A stretch of DNA of 61,993 nucleotides, the filler included, from Jimgerdemannia flammicorona (Eukaryota): assembly GCA_003990765.1 (NCBI GenBank). It is 3 parts of 3 records of this genome, joined end to end, with 100 filler letters (N's around TTAATTAATTAA, not from the genome) between each part and the next. Parts side by side here need not be neighbours in the genome. Positions count along the whole stretch, not along the records: positions 1 to 20,598 come from RBNJ01001639.1; 2 more parts are not named here. The stretch is one strand, 5' to 3'. The translations under genes and the position numbers were made by a program. This document shows, in pieces, positions 1 to 14,801 of this stretch; the first letter of the stretch is position 1; every line of letters begins with the position of its first letter. The notes under the pieces are model-generated. The model worked only from the letters and a program-made list of their open reading frames with translations, did no database searches and was not told the DNA's origin.

Positions 1-125
1 AAAAACCATCAATAAAAAGAATTTTGCAGAAACCTGATAGTATTGAATTCCATAAACCGCATAGTTACGATTAGTCAAACTATTCTTCGAATTCAAGCAA
101 GCATGACCATTCCAATTCAATAATC

Positions 126-190
<65 letters not shown>

Positions 191-3100
191 ACTATGACAT
201 AGACCTTGTGTTCGGGTATCATTGCGTTTGACAACCGAGAAACCAAATTTCTCCGCAATCAATATTATGCCACAGCAGCGATAACAGATGAGTCGAAAAT
301 GGTGGCTGCGGTAGTACCCCATCGATATCTATTTCACGATCCTTGTGCAGTATTCTTTGTATTGCTCACGAATCGAGGTCTTCGTTGAGAAAATGACCTT
401 GTTTGTATACTCTGCTGCCAAACTTGTGGGTGGGCCGGGTTATGACAAATTCCGAATTTGACATCCAAATCAACTCGTTTGTCAAAAATTCCACCAGTTT
501 CGAATGACTTTTTTATTTCATCAAAAGCGGTTGAAAACTCATAGAATTATGATAATAATAATAATAATAAAAATAAAAATAAAAACTTTGTGTGAATTCT
601 CAGCCGTTTTTGATGAAACCAAAACTAGCAGAGGTCGAATCCGAGGATTCAAATTCAGAGGTTAAGTTGTGGCGAGATACCTGCCGTCCATCGGATACGC
701 CCATCTGAGCTCTGAGATTTTCGATTACTCGATTATTTAATTGATTACTTGGTTTGGGTAACGTTTCGGGTTAACACATTTATTTTTTCGCAATTGATTG
801 ATTAAGTACTTGGTTTGGGTAACGTTGCGGGCTACTTCAAAATCGACATATCGAGTCATCGGTTCGGAAGACCTTTTTAAGAAATTTTGACTTTAGCAGG
901 TTAGGATTGTGTTCCCTCTGATTTTAGAAGGGCAAGTGCCGAACGCACAGAACATTCCTCCTGAAAATCAATCTATGTTTGGGTGCGGGCCCGCCAGAAA
1001 CTTGATAATCTGATCAGGCGCATGCTGAATGAACCAAACAACCTCGTATTTGGGGGCAGCTTACATAAAGAGAGCTCGGTCCGTGAGAGAAATCTTCGAG
1101 TGGCGCGGTATCACACGTCAACACGAGTTGGATGCGATGTATAATCCAATGATTACGTACTTTTTTTGGGGGGGGCTTTACCAGTCCATACCTAATCCTC
1201 ACGGGTGTCTTCTGCGACGTTGCTTTGGTTAAAGGGATTTTTGAAGACATACACACAGAACGACAGCCGGGTTGCCAATTCGGTCAATTGATTCAATTCC
1301 ACTATTTATATCGGTACTGCAATAAAAGTTATCGTTGTCAATGGGTTGATTTTTTTTTTTTTTTTTTTTTTTTTGTGGGATAGAGGTCGGTCCTTTTTTT
1401 TTTTTTTTTAGCCGTGTTGATATACACAATAGTTGATGATACTAATTGACAAGGAAACCATACCAATAAATAAATATAAATAAAAATATATGAAACCGCA
1501 TGACAACTATTGACACCGCGGATTGAACCTCGTCCCGATGAACATCTCTGGACCAATGCCAGTGGGTCGAGGCGGGGTCTGGTTATTCAATGGCCAGTGA
1601 CACTACTTGACCATGACATACGATTCAAGGATTGTACGCAATCGTGGAAACCGATAATTGAGCGGACAGGCGTATCTAATGGAGGTGCGGACGTTTTTTA
1701 ACGATTCTTCTCTACACACTGGCATGGGACGTCAACGTTGGAGTTTGTCCCTATTTCTCAAATAGTACAGGGGTGTTTGAGACAAAAAAAATCGAAGAAC
1801 CAATCGCTCTTACAAGAAAGCCATCGCCCATCATAAAAAATAAAATAAAAAAATCACCATGTTTTGCGACGCACGTATGCGACAGGATTCCCATTTGGAA
1901 TTTGGCAGCTTCGGGCTTCTTCTAACACAAACTGTTCCTCCCAAAGGTGTCCGATTCATGCCCCTTGGACTGTAGAAGCTTCGTTACGATGTCATTAACA
2001 TGGGAGGCTCACTGGAGCGAGCCTTTGGGAAAAGAAAGAAAGAAAGAAGAAAGATTCTGAGTACAAGTTTTATTGTTAATATGAGTCAGGCCAGAGCGCA
2101 GTGTCGCGTAGCCCTTTACAAACCAGCGGTTTGCATAAGGATCCACGCTCCCCCTATCCAAATAAATAAATAAAAATAAAATAAAATAAAATAAATAAGA
2201 GTAAAATAACGACGCAATGTGATCAAACTCACACTCGCGAGGCATCGGTACTTGTTTTTAATGCTACTCCCGAATGTCATAATGAGAGAATTTTAAAAGT
2301 TCAATAGTTTGCATTCCTTTGAAATCTATGTATATACGATTTTAGTAGGCATAGGCGTAAGTTAATGAGAAGAACGGTTGGGTATAGTAATGGATATCAT
2401 CGTCGTCAAACACAACAAACGGTATGCGCTGCACTCCGCTCTGGTCCTGATAAGCTTATAGTACTTTAGAATTGTGGAAAGGATCATTCCAGTTCGCTAC
2501 TTTATATTTGTCAGCCTGATCAGAATTGGTTTATAGGAATCTAAATCTTCCTGACGCGAAGTATGCATATATGATAAATAGCTCCCCTGTCATAACAGGT
2601 ACAGAGCAGCGCTCTTTTCGTCCCACCACCCACTCCGGTTATTTGGCATTTGACTGATAGATTTTTGTTGGATTCTACAATGTCGGATCTCGCACGAGAT
2701 CACAGGTTTCTTATGCGCAGGAGTGAGAGGCATAATGGGTGTCCGGCGTATAGATTTCTCTTTAGCATTATCAACTCTTATGTGTTCGTTCAGTACGCTT
2801 TGTTACTTTCCCCACCCTTCGCTTCAAAATTCAGCGCGCTTTTTGTTGTATGCCTTGCTCCATTAACCCCTACCCTCTATGCAGCCACGAAGCCTCTGAC
2901 GCCTCACGCGGTTGGTACGAACTGGGTTCACAGCGCTTACTTTCTTCCCCGACGTTCTAGAACCAATGTAATACATAAACAGATCACATCTGTCAGGAAT
3001 GAATGTATTTGGACGAGAGCACAAAGGAAAAGGACCAGTTAAAACAATGAAAGAAGGATCCGAAGAAGAGAGAAGGGGAAGGGGTTTGGTATTTATCGCT

Positions 3101-4629
3101 GTTGACCCGAAAATCTGGTGCAATGTAAATTGTCTTCTCTAGACAATAAAACCCATGTATTCATGACATCATTTTCTAAGGTGACGAGCTACTTTTGATT
3201 TTTTTTTATTTTGCAGCAGAGCGTGCACAAAGTGTTTACATGGGATTGCAAATACGGAACGACAACCTGCTGGCTCGATTACCAAAGTAGATGTGCCACA
3301 TCGCAGTTGTGCAGCAGTGCCCGTCTCCTCGGTTTCCATGGCATCTGAACGCCTTCAAGATTTTATTTCCATTTTCACAAATCGGTCGAGCGAAAGAAAT
3401 AGATTGACGTAGTCAATCATATTGAAAGACAAAAGGATCAACGATGCTAATATGCTGCTAACAGTGGCCATTACTCGTATAATCATGGGACCGTAGCCCC
3501 AGAAAAGATAGTCAGAATGATAGAAACATAAGCACGGATCAAACCGTGTGGGTCGGTGAATGTGCTCGCGTGGAAGATTAAAATGGCATGCGTTGTGGAA
3601 ATGAATAGCATCGGGGGGCGGGCGAGAAGGAGGTCATCAGTGCTGTTATCAAAATTTGGGATGTTTGTCGTTCTCTTACATGTCACAGCGGAGTGTTTGA
3701 TCGATTCCAAAAAAAAAAAAAAAAGATGCAATACACTAAACGCCCATGAACCGCATACCATCGCGTCCATTGGCAGGAAGTGCAAAGAATTCCCTTCCAT
3801 CCAAAGTTAAAAATAAACATAAAAAAGAGAGGGAAAGAAAATATCTATTTCCTTGAATTGTCCTGAACCTGAAAAAGAAAGAAATATAGTCTAGTGGTGT
3901 CACCGAACCATTGACAACAAAAATGACGAATAGCGCAAACAACCGAAGATAGGCTAATTGCATTGTAGGATCACGGAGATTTTGTGGGCGGGATCTTCTG
4001 CATTATCAGTACATTTTTCGAAGGATGCATATTGAACCTAAAATATCGCATGAGCACCTACGTGCATCTCAATCAATGTTATTGTATCAATGACATTGAC
4101 AAAACTTAGTTACAAATTCTCACAAAATATTGGCCTTAGATACTGGAATGCAGAGCTAGCTTAAGATAGGTGAAAAAATAACAGTGCTCTTCAATATTAG
4201 AAATTTTCAATCTAATACTATCTTGTCTTTATTGATATTATCATATAATGCAGTCTTAATATACTTACTGAATTCTTTTTTAATATTTAAGAATAATTAC
4301 TATTCTATAATCTTGATTAATAATAAATAATCTGTAATAAAACTATATACTAATAGAATTAATATATTGTAGATAATCTAAGATAACTATCAGTCCCAAG
4401 TTCTAAGTTCTATAAGAAAGCACTAAGTTTCAAGTACCTGTTGCTGAGGCATAGTCCAAGTATTGTTTTCTGGTTCTTGTGTAAGATAGAGATATCATGC
4501 TTGTATTCCAAGTTGATCAGGCTTAGAATTATTAACAAGTTAGATCTAAGGGTTCTTATAAGAATACTTCTTTATTCTTAAGAGAAAAAAGTAGAGCTAA
4601 GATTATAATACACTCAGTATAGAGAGTAT

Positions 4630-5775
4630 TGTGATGAGCAACAGAATTATACTGCTGAAATCATAAATTAGTTATATACTATATCTAGTGTACTAAGTAA
4701 CCAAGATTGCTTTACTGTGCCAATCTGTATATTTAGTCAGAGATACCAGAAACAGTATGTTTATCTGTACTCTCTAGGTATACCATACCCTTAAGATATA
4801 CTATACTCTAAGGTATATATACTGTACTCTCAAGAAATACTTACTATAGTTAGCAATCTATAGTTAGTAATATAGTAACCAGTAGCAACCACAACTGTAT
4901 AAAATATTCCAGAGATAAGAGTGAATAAACCTCAGTCTGAATTGAATCCAAAGCAAAAGTCAAGTCTGCCTACTATACTTCAAGAGAAACTCTACAGCCA
5001 CTACTAGAAGATTGTGAGCAAAGCATTCCTTTTTACTCTGGTCTACTTTCTGATATAAAGAAGAGTTTGTTATGTTTTTGATTTACTTACCAGATAAGCC
5101 TAAAGAAGTCTGAGTTATCCACATTCCCAAAAAAACCTTAAGGAATCTTGTCACAAGCCAGTCTATTGATATAACTTTATAATAGAGCCAGTCTAACAAT
5201 ATAACTCTATATAAATAAAGCCAGTCTTTGATGTAACTTGTCAAGAATCCATAATATCTGAGTTATTTGAGTTATTAAATTATCTGCCTTCTGAGTTATC
5301 TGAGCTATTCATACTATCCAAGTTATTAGTTTATTCTCAGTGAGCCTGATTCAGGAAGAATCTATGACTTTCTCTATTCCCAGTAAACCTATACTCAAAT
5401 CAAGCTATTCACTAGAAATCACATACTTTTAGAGATCATCATACTATACAGAGATTGTCATATAGAAATCATATACTTTTGGAACCAAGATCATTATGCC
5501 AAGATCATTATGCTATATAGAGAAATCACTTGCTGCTCAAGAAAGAAAACTGTTAAATTGCCAGACCACACTACACTCAAACTGCCACTATACCCAGAGA
5601 ATCATCCCAATTAGGAAATCAATATATAAATCACTTACAGATATCCAGCTTTGACTATTATACCACTAAATACCAAGAACATTTTATTGCTTTTAACAAA
5701 GTAATTAGAGGCTCAAGCCAAACTACACTAACCCTCAACCTTGTAATTTGTCTCCATTGAGCTAGGCATATTATA
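4630..5775 (+). repeat. E1 5' LTR (~1.15 kb)
   Basis: Colinear with 13371-14534. TATAAAA at 4898, AATAAA at 4924. Short TCTGAGTTAT repeats. Confidence 0.95.
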
Positions 5776-5777
5776 TT

Positions 5778-5795
5778 TGGGGACTCAACTAGGAA
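5778..5795 (+). promoter_or_regulatory. E1 primer-binding site, tRNA-Pro-like (decayed)
   Basis: TGGGGACTCAACTAGGAA 2 nt after the LTR. Matches the E5/E2 PBS and resembles the tRNA-Pro PBS TGGGGGCTCGTCCGGGAT. Confidence 0.65.
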
Positions 5796-6345
5796 GATTT
5801 CAAAATCAATGTGACTTTTCAGCTCATAAGAACCCACAGCCAAACTGGATATTTTTGATATAATACCAATCTCTATCACTATAGGTGAACTAGTCATCAC
5901 TAATATTTAGACAGGTAGAGAAGTAATAACTTCAAGACTTGCCAACTACATAGTATCAAAAGGATCTCAATCAGAACCAGAAGCTAGTATAGCCCAAAAT
6001 CCTTAACTGGATCAACTAGATAATATAGGTAGTTCTATTAGAGACTTTAGAGAATTTATCTAGGAACTAAAAGATATTATTACATAAGTCTGAAATCATG
6101 CAGCCAGATACCCTATAGTAGTTCTACCAATCTCACCTATAGAACCTTTACCACCAGCTCTTACAGAATTGAAAGTAGCTCCTATAAGAATACTTAGACT
6201 CATTCTACTTCATTCAAGGTCCAGAATACTATTCTCAAGATACCCAAGCACTCTCATCTCCAGTGATAGTTCAGAAAGTGAATCAGAGTCAGAATCTGAA
6301 TCAAAATCTGGACCAGAACCAGAATCAGAAGAAAGTGACAATAAA

Positions 6346-9300
6346 ATGGCCACCTCATTGCCAACCTTTACAGGATATCTAGAAGAAGATCCTAGAGAAT
6401 TCCTTGATGGAATTGAAGGAATAACAGCTCTAAGAAATCTCTTAGATGAAAGAAAAATTGCCATCTATAAGGCCCAGCTCAGAGAATCAACTAGAAGAAT
6501 TTTCCACTAAATAGCAAATGATCAAAATTCAGAACTAGCAGTAGAAATACAAGCAGTAGCATCTTTTTAACTAGAATACATAACCATGGTCCACTGGCTC
6601 ATTGAAAAATATGCAGGAAATGAAACTTGCCACAAGGCTCAAGAATCCATTGTAGAGATGAAGATGAATCTTAAAGAATCACCCAGAGCATTCTTTACAA
6701 GAATCTAGAAGAGAATGTATGCAGCCAGGTTCAATGCCACCAACTAAGATATTATAGGTCCAATGATCTTTATAAATGAGATTCCCCCAAATATTGCCTA
6801 GTATGTCCACATTCTAGGCATCAGAAGGTCTGAAGAATAAGTAGATGCAGCTCAAGAATTCTTTGATGTCAGACAAGAAACTACCTGGAGTGACCATGAT
6901 AAGAAGGATGGCAAAGAAGATATCCTGATCAAAGCCCTGCAAGGACTCCTTCAAGAATAAGAGAGATCTGAAGAAAGAAGACCAGTCAAAGAAGGAAAGA
7001 AGGATAGAAGTAAAATCCAAGACCTCAGTTCTAAGTTGGACCAATTGGTTGGACAAATTGAAAAACTCACTATATGCAAAAATTAGAGTTATCAAGACAA
7101 TAGAGAATATCTACCACAAAGAAACCAAGGTTATCTACCAAGAGATAACAGAAACTACCAGTAAGAAGAAAGAAGATATCCTATCTAAGACAGAGCCCAA
7201 GTTCAATACTTCCACTGTAGACAATTTGTACACTATGCTACTGAATGTAATAACAAAAGAAGTGACTGAAGGGACTCAAAACTACCAAACCAAAGGAGTG
7301 ATACTCAGTATAAGAAGACTAAAGCCTATTCTGTTGAATATTTTGAAGAAGTAAGTAACAGTGAAGACTATAGTGACTTAGACTTATATCCTACCAAGAT
7401 TACCACTCAAAAGACAGTCTACCCAGCAGAGAAAAGGAAGAGATCTGTTGGAAGGCCATCCAGGAATATCAGCAGAAGAATTGTCCAAGAAGAAGATGAA
7501 GAACATGAAGAGGAATAAGTAAAAACACCTCCCCAGACTCCTTTATCTTTTGTCCTCAAGACAAATGAGTTGCCACCAGAGGATAAAGAAATAGAACAAA
7601 AAGAATGGAAACCTGCTACTCCAAAGCTCAAAAAGAAGTATACCCCAAAAATCATACCCAGAGATATCTACAATAAAGCCTGGCAGAAGATTCAAAAAGG
7701 TCTCCCTTCTACAGTTCCTGTAACTGACATCAGCTGGAGTCTGAAACAAATTACTAAAAACCACTAGGTCCAGTACTGGCTGAGTTCCAATCCCACAATA
7801 GGAGCCAGCCTCCATTTCTATCCAAGCTGCAGAAAGACATGTCAGTATCTACCTATATGGAGATATTGGAAGACAAAAGGTGAAAATCCTTATAGATACA
7901 GAAGCAGCTATCTGTGTTATTGTCAAATGATTCCTGGATACTCTCTAATGGCCTATTGATGGATCATCCAATCTCAGCATCATAGTAGTAGATAGAGTCT
8001 GAACTCAACCCCTTGGAGAAGTATGAAACATCACTATTTCTCTTAGACATATTCAGTTCTCTATCTCAATGACTGTTGTCACCAAGACTATCATCTATGA
8101 CATAATCCTTAGGACTAACTGAATGAAAGAAATGAATACAGTTGTTGATATTGATCAATAAGTACTCAAGTTTAACTACCAAGATAAGAAGTACAGAGTT
8201 AAGGTGATCAGTTATGAGCAATCAAAGAAGAAGAAAAAGATTACTATTCAGGAGGAATATGCTAGTAGCAAAGAATCTACCATAGAAGAAGAGGAAGAAT
8301 CCAAAAATGAAAATGATTCCAGACTCAATCCATAAATCAACCTAATAGATGACAGACCAGAAGACAATATATGGGCCAAGAATATAATTCCCATTACTAT
8401 TAGAGCCATTGTAGGAGAAATCAAAGAATGCCCCATCTGTCTCAAAAGATACAAGTGCTCCAAGCGCTCCTCCAAGATCATCAGGACAAGGAAGTTACCT
8501 GGCACAGCCTGCCCTGAGTACAGAAAGAAAAAGAAGAAATGCAGACATGTTCCAGAAATACCTGCAACCAAAGCTGCAGAAGTATAGACAATCTGGAGAT
8601 AAGAATTGTCTAAGGAAGAAGAAGCTCTTGACCAAGAAGTTCCTGAACAAGAAGAACTCAAAGAAGAAGAGGTCCCTGAACTCATTCTCTGAGATGACTC
8701 TCACTGGATACCACCTGAAGATAATGACCCTTAGAATATAGAAGAAGGACCCAGCACAATCCCCATCATTCCTAAGAAAGAAACTCACTAAGAAAGGATA
8801 TTTTGGCTAGGAAGATGTCTACATCAAATGATCTTCCACTCTCTTTGAAACTACTGCTATCAATGCCATTTATTAGACCAGCAAGAGAGATAGAGATCCC
8901 AAAGACCAGAACTCCTGACTATAGTTACACAGTTAACTATCTTCCAATAAGTTACCACCAAATTACAAAGTTAATTCAGAGGACAAGATCTCTTTACCTA
9001 AATAGAAGTATACCTCTTGTCTACTCTTCCCCTGACTTATGACCAAAATGGATACTGATTTTCAAGACAACAAGAGATCAATAACTGGGAACATCATTTC
9101 TGAGCAATAGGATATTGTAACTATAGAAGACATCCAGACTACTGAGACTGCAGACATCAGAAGATTTACCTCAATCATGATGTTGCAATCTACACCTTAA
9201 AGAAAAGAGATAATAGAGGCCAGATCTGAAAAAGTCAGATCTAAAAAAGCCAGGATGAAGGACTCTCAAGATCTATAATTTAGGAGAAGACATCCTAGCT

Positions 9301-11790
9301 TTTATCAGATATACAATCCACCAAGAATGGGTAGAAGATGCTACCAACTTCATGAAAGCCCTAGACCCTATAATAAGAAGAGGAATCAACTATCTCCAAG
9401 ACCCTTCTACTGGAGCCAGATGACCATACCTCAACCTCAGAGCCTAGAGGCTCTCTGCTAGTAGAGTCTCAGCCCAAGGATAGTCTGAACTCAGCAAGGA
9501 TATTGCCCAGTATGCCCTACTATATCCCAAGGCCAAACTCCTGACCAAAGCCTACCCAGAAGATATAGGATATGATCTTCACAGTCTGGAGGATGAATCT
9601 ATTAAGTCTGGAAAAACATTCATGATTAGAACCAGACTAGCCATGTAGCCACCTTAAGGAACTTACATACAATTGACCTCAAGATCTGGACTTACCAGAC
9701 AAGGAATAACTATAGAAGAAGGAACTATTGACCTCAAGATCTGGACTTGCCAGATAAGGAATAACTATAAAAGGAGGAACTATTGACCCAGGATATACAG
9801 GTAAAATCAAGGTTATCCTACATAATAGTAGTATAGAATGGTAATGAATTATTAGAGGACAGAAGATTGTCCAAGCAGTCTTCATGAAGGTCAAGACCCC
9901 ACAATTACAAGAAGTCTCCAAACTGACAGAAGGAATAAGATAAGCCAAAGGATTTAGAAGTTCAGATAAGAAGAAAGTATATCTCCTTCAAGTCAACTAT
10001 CTTAAGAGAAATATTCCCCAGCAGGTATACTACCAATCAGTCAAACTATATAAGAATCTCATCCTGGAGCCTGGAGAACAAACCACCTTCAAAATCTTTG
10101 CACCACCTAACTCCAGAAATCTTTTCTTTGAACCCAATGAAGATATTTCATATCTAGATATAGAAGGACACACATTCCCTGATAAGATGAACCCAGTACA
10201 CTCCCAAGCAATAAACCAAAGTTGGAAAACCATCATCTTGCCAAAAGGAAGCATCATAGGACATCTGGTGCCTTTTCTCAACTGAACTCATAGAGAAGTT
10301 TATAAATTAAACTTATTGGGAAATAGCAAAAAGGTCTCAGAAGAAAGGAAAGACCCCTCTGTGACCCAGGAAACAGTGAAGCCTTCCACCAACATTGGAG
10401 AAGAATTGATACCCCAATAACAGCAATAACTAGTAGAACTCCTCAACAAATATCAAGATATCTTCACTACCAATTATAGTAACCTGCCATATAATCCATC
10501 ATATTACTATAGTATAAATACAGAAAATATAACACCCATCTGACAGAAACTCTATAGAATACCCCATCACTTAAAAACATTTGAAAAGGAGCACATTCAA
10601 GAACTCTTAGACAATAGAGTCATCCAACCCTCTACTAGCCCCTGGGCCAGCCCTATACTTATTGTACTAAAGAAAGAAGGATGGAGACTCTGTATAGATT
10701 ACAAGAAACTCAATTTAGTCACTGAAAAGGATGCCTATTCTTTGCCCAGAATTGATGACCTTTTAAATCAGTTTACAAGATGCTAGATACTTCAGCAGTA
10801 TGAACCTTTTTGCAGAATTCCATGAGATCCCCATAGATCTCAAAGACATTCAAAAGACAGCTTTTCTTGCTTTAGGAAAACTGTTTGAATACTTTCAAAT
10901 ATCCTTTGGACTTTGCAATATACCCCCCACCTTCCAGAGGATGATGAATTCAGTCTATGCCCCCTTAATTCACCACTGTCTAATTATATACATAGATGAT
11001 TCCAACATCTATATAGCAAATTTTGAAGAACACCTGCACCACCTAGAGGAATTCTTTAAGCTTACCTGCAAGAACCACCTGAGACTCAATACAAAGAAAT
11101 ACTACTTTGGGAAACAGAAACTTAAATTCCTTAAATTTATAGTTTCAAAAGAAAGAACCCATACAGACCCCAAGAAAACCAAGAAGATTAACAATTGGCC
11201 AGTACCCCAGACTCTAAAGAAAACACTATCATTTCTGATACTGGTGTCTTACTACAGAAGATTTATCAAGAACTTTTTCCAAATTACTGCCCCAATTTAG
11301 ATCCTTCTCAAGAAATAAGTATCTTATAAATAGATAGAATTACAAAAGAAAGCTTTCAAAGAACTCAAGCACCATATGACCACAGTACTAATTCTCATCT
11401 GCTCCAATCTACAGAAGTCATTCATCTTATACAGATATCTCCAAAGATGGCTTAAGAGCAGTTCTAGCCCAAGAAAGACCTGACCAATAGCACTATATGA
11501 TAGCTTATGTAAGCCAAGCTACCAATCAGCAGTAGATAAACTATGATAGCACCAAACTAGAATACCTCACAGTTATATAGGTGGTCACTCTGTTTAAGCA
11601 TTATCTTATTGGAAAAAGATTCACTCTGATCACAGACCATGCAGCCCTCAAATAGCTATTCAACTATAAGAAATCCACTAGAATCCTAGTTTGCTGGATC
11701 CTTATCCTTCAGGATTACAAAATTACCATCATCTACAAGATAGGAAAAGCTCATAACAATATTGATATACTTTCCTACCAGCCCTAATGA
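6346..11790 (+). pseudogene. E1 gag-PR-dUTPase-RT-RNaseH, many stops and frameshifts
   Basis: MATSLPTFTGYLEEDPREFL capsid start. Decayed CCHC knuckle ~7201. ILIDTEA protease ~7885. IGYDL/RSGL/GTIDPGYTG dUTPase ~9510-9965. FGLCNIPPTFQRMMN and YIDD RT. RH ends HNNIDILSYQP*. Confidence 0.9.
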
Positions 11791-12834
11791 ACTAGAAGAA
11801 AGGTGTCTAGAGAAACTACATCCTAAAGAAAGCTCCTCAGACTATTAAGATACAAGAAGATCTCATCTGAAAAGAATACCAGAAAGCCCATCAAAGACAA
11901 GCAAACATAGAAGAAAAGTTGCAAACAATATACTAACATTGGCTCAATCTCAGAATATAAGTCCAGAATATACTCAAGAAATGTGACACCTGCTAGAAGT
12001 ACTAAGGAAAATCAATCACACTACTAGACAACATCTTTTAGAGATAGAGATTAGATGTAATTAGACCCCTACTAGTTATACTAAGAAGAAACAAGTACAT
12101 TCTTATATTTGTAGAACATCTGACCAAGTGGCCCAAGGCTTTTCCAATGGAAATTGCAGATGTTTTTACTATTGTGGACCTTCTCCATGGACTCACACTC
12201 AGATTTAGATCTCCAGAAGAACTCATCTCTAACTGAGGTACAGAATTTATTAATAATATAATCATAAGTTATGCCTGAATCCATAAGATCCATCTCAAAT
12301 AAATCACCCCCAGACCAATGGTATAATAGAAAGAATGAACCAGACTATCAAGAAAGAACTTACCTGAGTTAATTCTACTAACTGGGACCTCTGCTTATCT
12401 GAGATCCTATGGAAATTTGGAACATCCCTACTATCTCTACCAAACAAAAGCCATTCAAAATGATATTTACCAAGAGAACTAGAACTACTGACCATGAGAA
12501 TCTTGGAGACCTCCTCAAGAAGGCAGAATAGTTATATAATCAGGCCTGAGTTCAGATTATTAAAGCTCAAGAAAGACAAAAGAGGTACTATGACTATAAG
12601 CAGAAGAATCAGGAGATCAAGATTGGAGATTAAGTACTAGTTTAGAGAGAAGCATGATTGAAATGAATTTTGCCACCAAACTGGAGCCCAAATAGGAAGA
12701 ACCTTATCTTATATACATATAACATCAGAGAAACCAGCATTTATTTAAGAAGTATGGATGGATGGACCCTCAGGACACCAGTATACATCAACTGTCTCAA
12801 GATATACCTCTCCTATTATGAACTAGACAATTAA
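11787..12834 (+). pseudogene. E1 integrase, separate ORF
   Basis: ATG at 11787 is in frame with the zinc-finger remnant CDTC*K. Followed by GLD-type core remnant, HLTKWPKAF, HPQTNG and KLEPK*EEPY. No chromodomain seen. Confidence 0.85.
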
Positions 12835-13330
12835 CCAGTACCTCCAGACCCTTGTTCTGAGTTCATTCCAATCACTTCCAGTTTCTCTTCCACAATTCCA
12901 ATAAGCCAATAGAAACTCCCTTCAGCAAATCTAGACCTATCAAGAGAACCTCACCTTGGCCAGATATTTACTATAAGTCCACTAGCTATAGGCCTACTAT
13001 ACAATTAGAGAACAGTTGCAGAACCTCCCAGCAGTAGACCTGACCTATATCAGAAACTCCACTGGCCTCACCTGGAAAAATACCACTGCTGTAGACAGAT
13101 TATACACAATCTACAAATGAAATGTCCCAGTATTGACACAGACACAATTCCTTCTGAATGACATCCAAAACATGAATCCTGCTACCTACTAGAGCATTAT
13201 CAATCATATCAAGATCCTATTTCCAGAAGAAGAAGAAAAACCTGTTGAATAGAGTGACTCTGACCCAAATGAAGATACCAGTTCAGATATTGATTCTGAA
13301 GATACTTATGCACATTGAAATGATGACTAA
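12818..13330 (+). pseudogene. E1 accessory ORF3 (~170 codons, unknown function)
   Basis: One frame with transition-type stops: L*AYYTIREQL...AVDRLYTIYK, acidic tail. Lies between IN and the PPT. Confidence 0.6.
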
Positions 13331-13370
13331 AAGATTGTCTGAGGACAGACCACCCTTTAGTGAGGGCTAA

Positions 13371-14534
13371 TGTAATAAGCAATAGAATTGTACCACTGAA
13401 ATTATAAATTAGTCATATACTATATCTAGTATACTAAGTAATCAAGACTGCTTTACTGTACCAATCTATATATTTAGCCAGAGATATCAGAAACAGTATA
13501 TTTATCTATACCCTCCAGATACACCATACCCTCAAGATATACTATACCCTCAAGGTATACTATACTCTTAAGGAATACTTGCCATAGTTAACAATCTATA
13601 GTTAGCAATATAGTAACCAGTAGTAACCATAACTATATAAAATACCCCAGAGATAAGAGTGAATAAACCTCAGTCCAAATTGAATCTAAAGCAAAAGTTA
13701 AGTCTGTCTACTCTCTATAGCTACTGCTAAAAGATTGTGAGCAAAGTATTCCTTTTTACTCTGGTCCACTTTCTGATATAGAGAAGAGTTTGTTATGTTT
13801 TTGGTTCACTTATCAGATAAGTCTAAAGAAGTCTGAGTTACTTGTATTCTCAGAAATCCTTAAGGAACTTTGCCACAAGTCAGCCTATTGATACAACTTC
13901 ACAGTAGAGCCAGTCTAATGATATAACTCCATGCAAACAAAGCCAGTCTTTGATATAACTTGCCAAGAATCTGTAATATCTGAGTTATCTGAGTTATTGA
14001 ATTATCTGCCTTCTGAGTTATCTGAGCTATCTATACTATCTGAGTTATTAGTTTGTTCTCAGTGAGCCTGATTCAAAGAACCTACCAGTATAGTTCTCAG
14101 TGAGCCTGATTCAGAAAGAATCTGTAACTTTCTCTATTTCCAGTAAACCTATACCCAAATTAAGCTATCTACTAGAAATCATATACTTTTGGAGATCATC
14201 ATGCTATACAGAGATTGTCACACAGAAATCATATACTTTTAGAACCAAGATTGTCACACTGAGATCATTGTACTATATAGAGAAATCACCTACTACTTAA
14301 GAAGGAAAACTACTAAATTGTTAGACCATACTATACCCAAACTGCTACTATACCAAGAGAACCATCCCAATTAGGAAATTGACATACAAATTGCTCACAG
14401 ATATCCAGCTTTGACTATTATACCACTAAACACCAAGAATATTTTATTACTTTTAATAAAGTAACTGAGGGCTTAAGCCAAACTATATCAATCTCCAACC
14501 CATAATTTGCCTCTATTGAGCCAGATACATTACA
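13371..14534 (+). repeat. E1 3' LTR
   Basis: TGTAATAAGC...CATTACA, colinear with the 5' LTR. Confidence 0.95.
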
Positions 14535-14801
14535 ATATAAACTACCTAAGATAACATATGAATGGACCATTATGGAGAATAAAAGATGTCATCATCTGAC
14601 TTTTAATGATATATATATGAACCATTACTCAAGTTAATTATTTGAAGAATACTACCCATTATATATCAAACTACCCTACTTTGACTATAGAATTAAAAGA
14701 CATTATATATGAACATAGTCATCTTTCTCCGGTAATATTCAGGTTACACAACCCTTTGGCAACACTTTCGACACAGTTTCTAGAGAAAAGCTACTAGTAT
14801 C

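Larger units (their letters stand above)
4630..14534 (+). mobile_element. E1: full-length degenerate Ty3/Gypsy LTR retrotransposon with dUTPase
   Basis: Direct repeats 4630-5775 and 13371-14534 (TG...CA, 5' copy ends TA). PBS-like TGGGGACTCAACTAGGAA at 5778. Purine-rich tract before 13371. Flanks GTAT/ATAT. Internal gag, PR, dUTPase, RT, RH and IN motifs. Confidence 0.95.

Noticed and set aside
80..3963. Short ORFs in the first 4 kb
   Set aside because: They cross homopolymer runs, have no recognisable motifs and give no consistent exon chain. Treated as intergenic.
12818..13330. Post-integrase ORF as an env gene
   Set aside because: Short and hydrophilic, with no signal peptide, furin site or transmembrane anchor.
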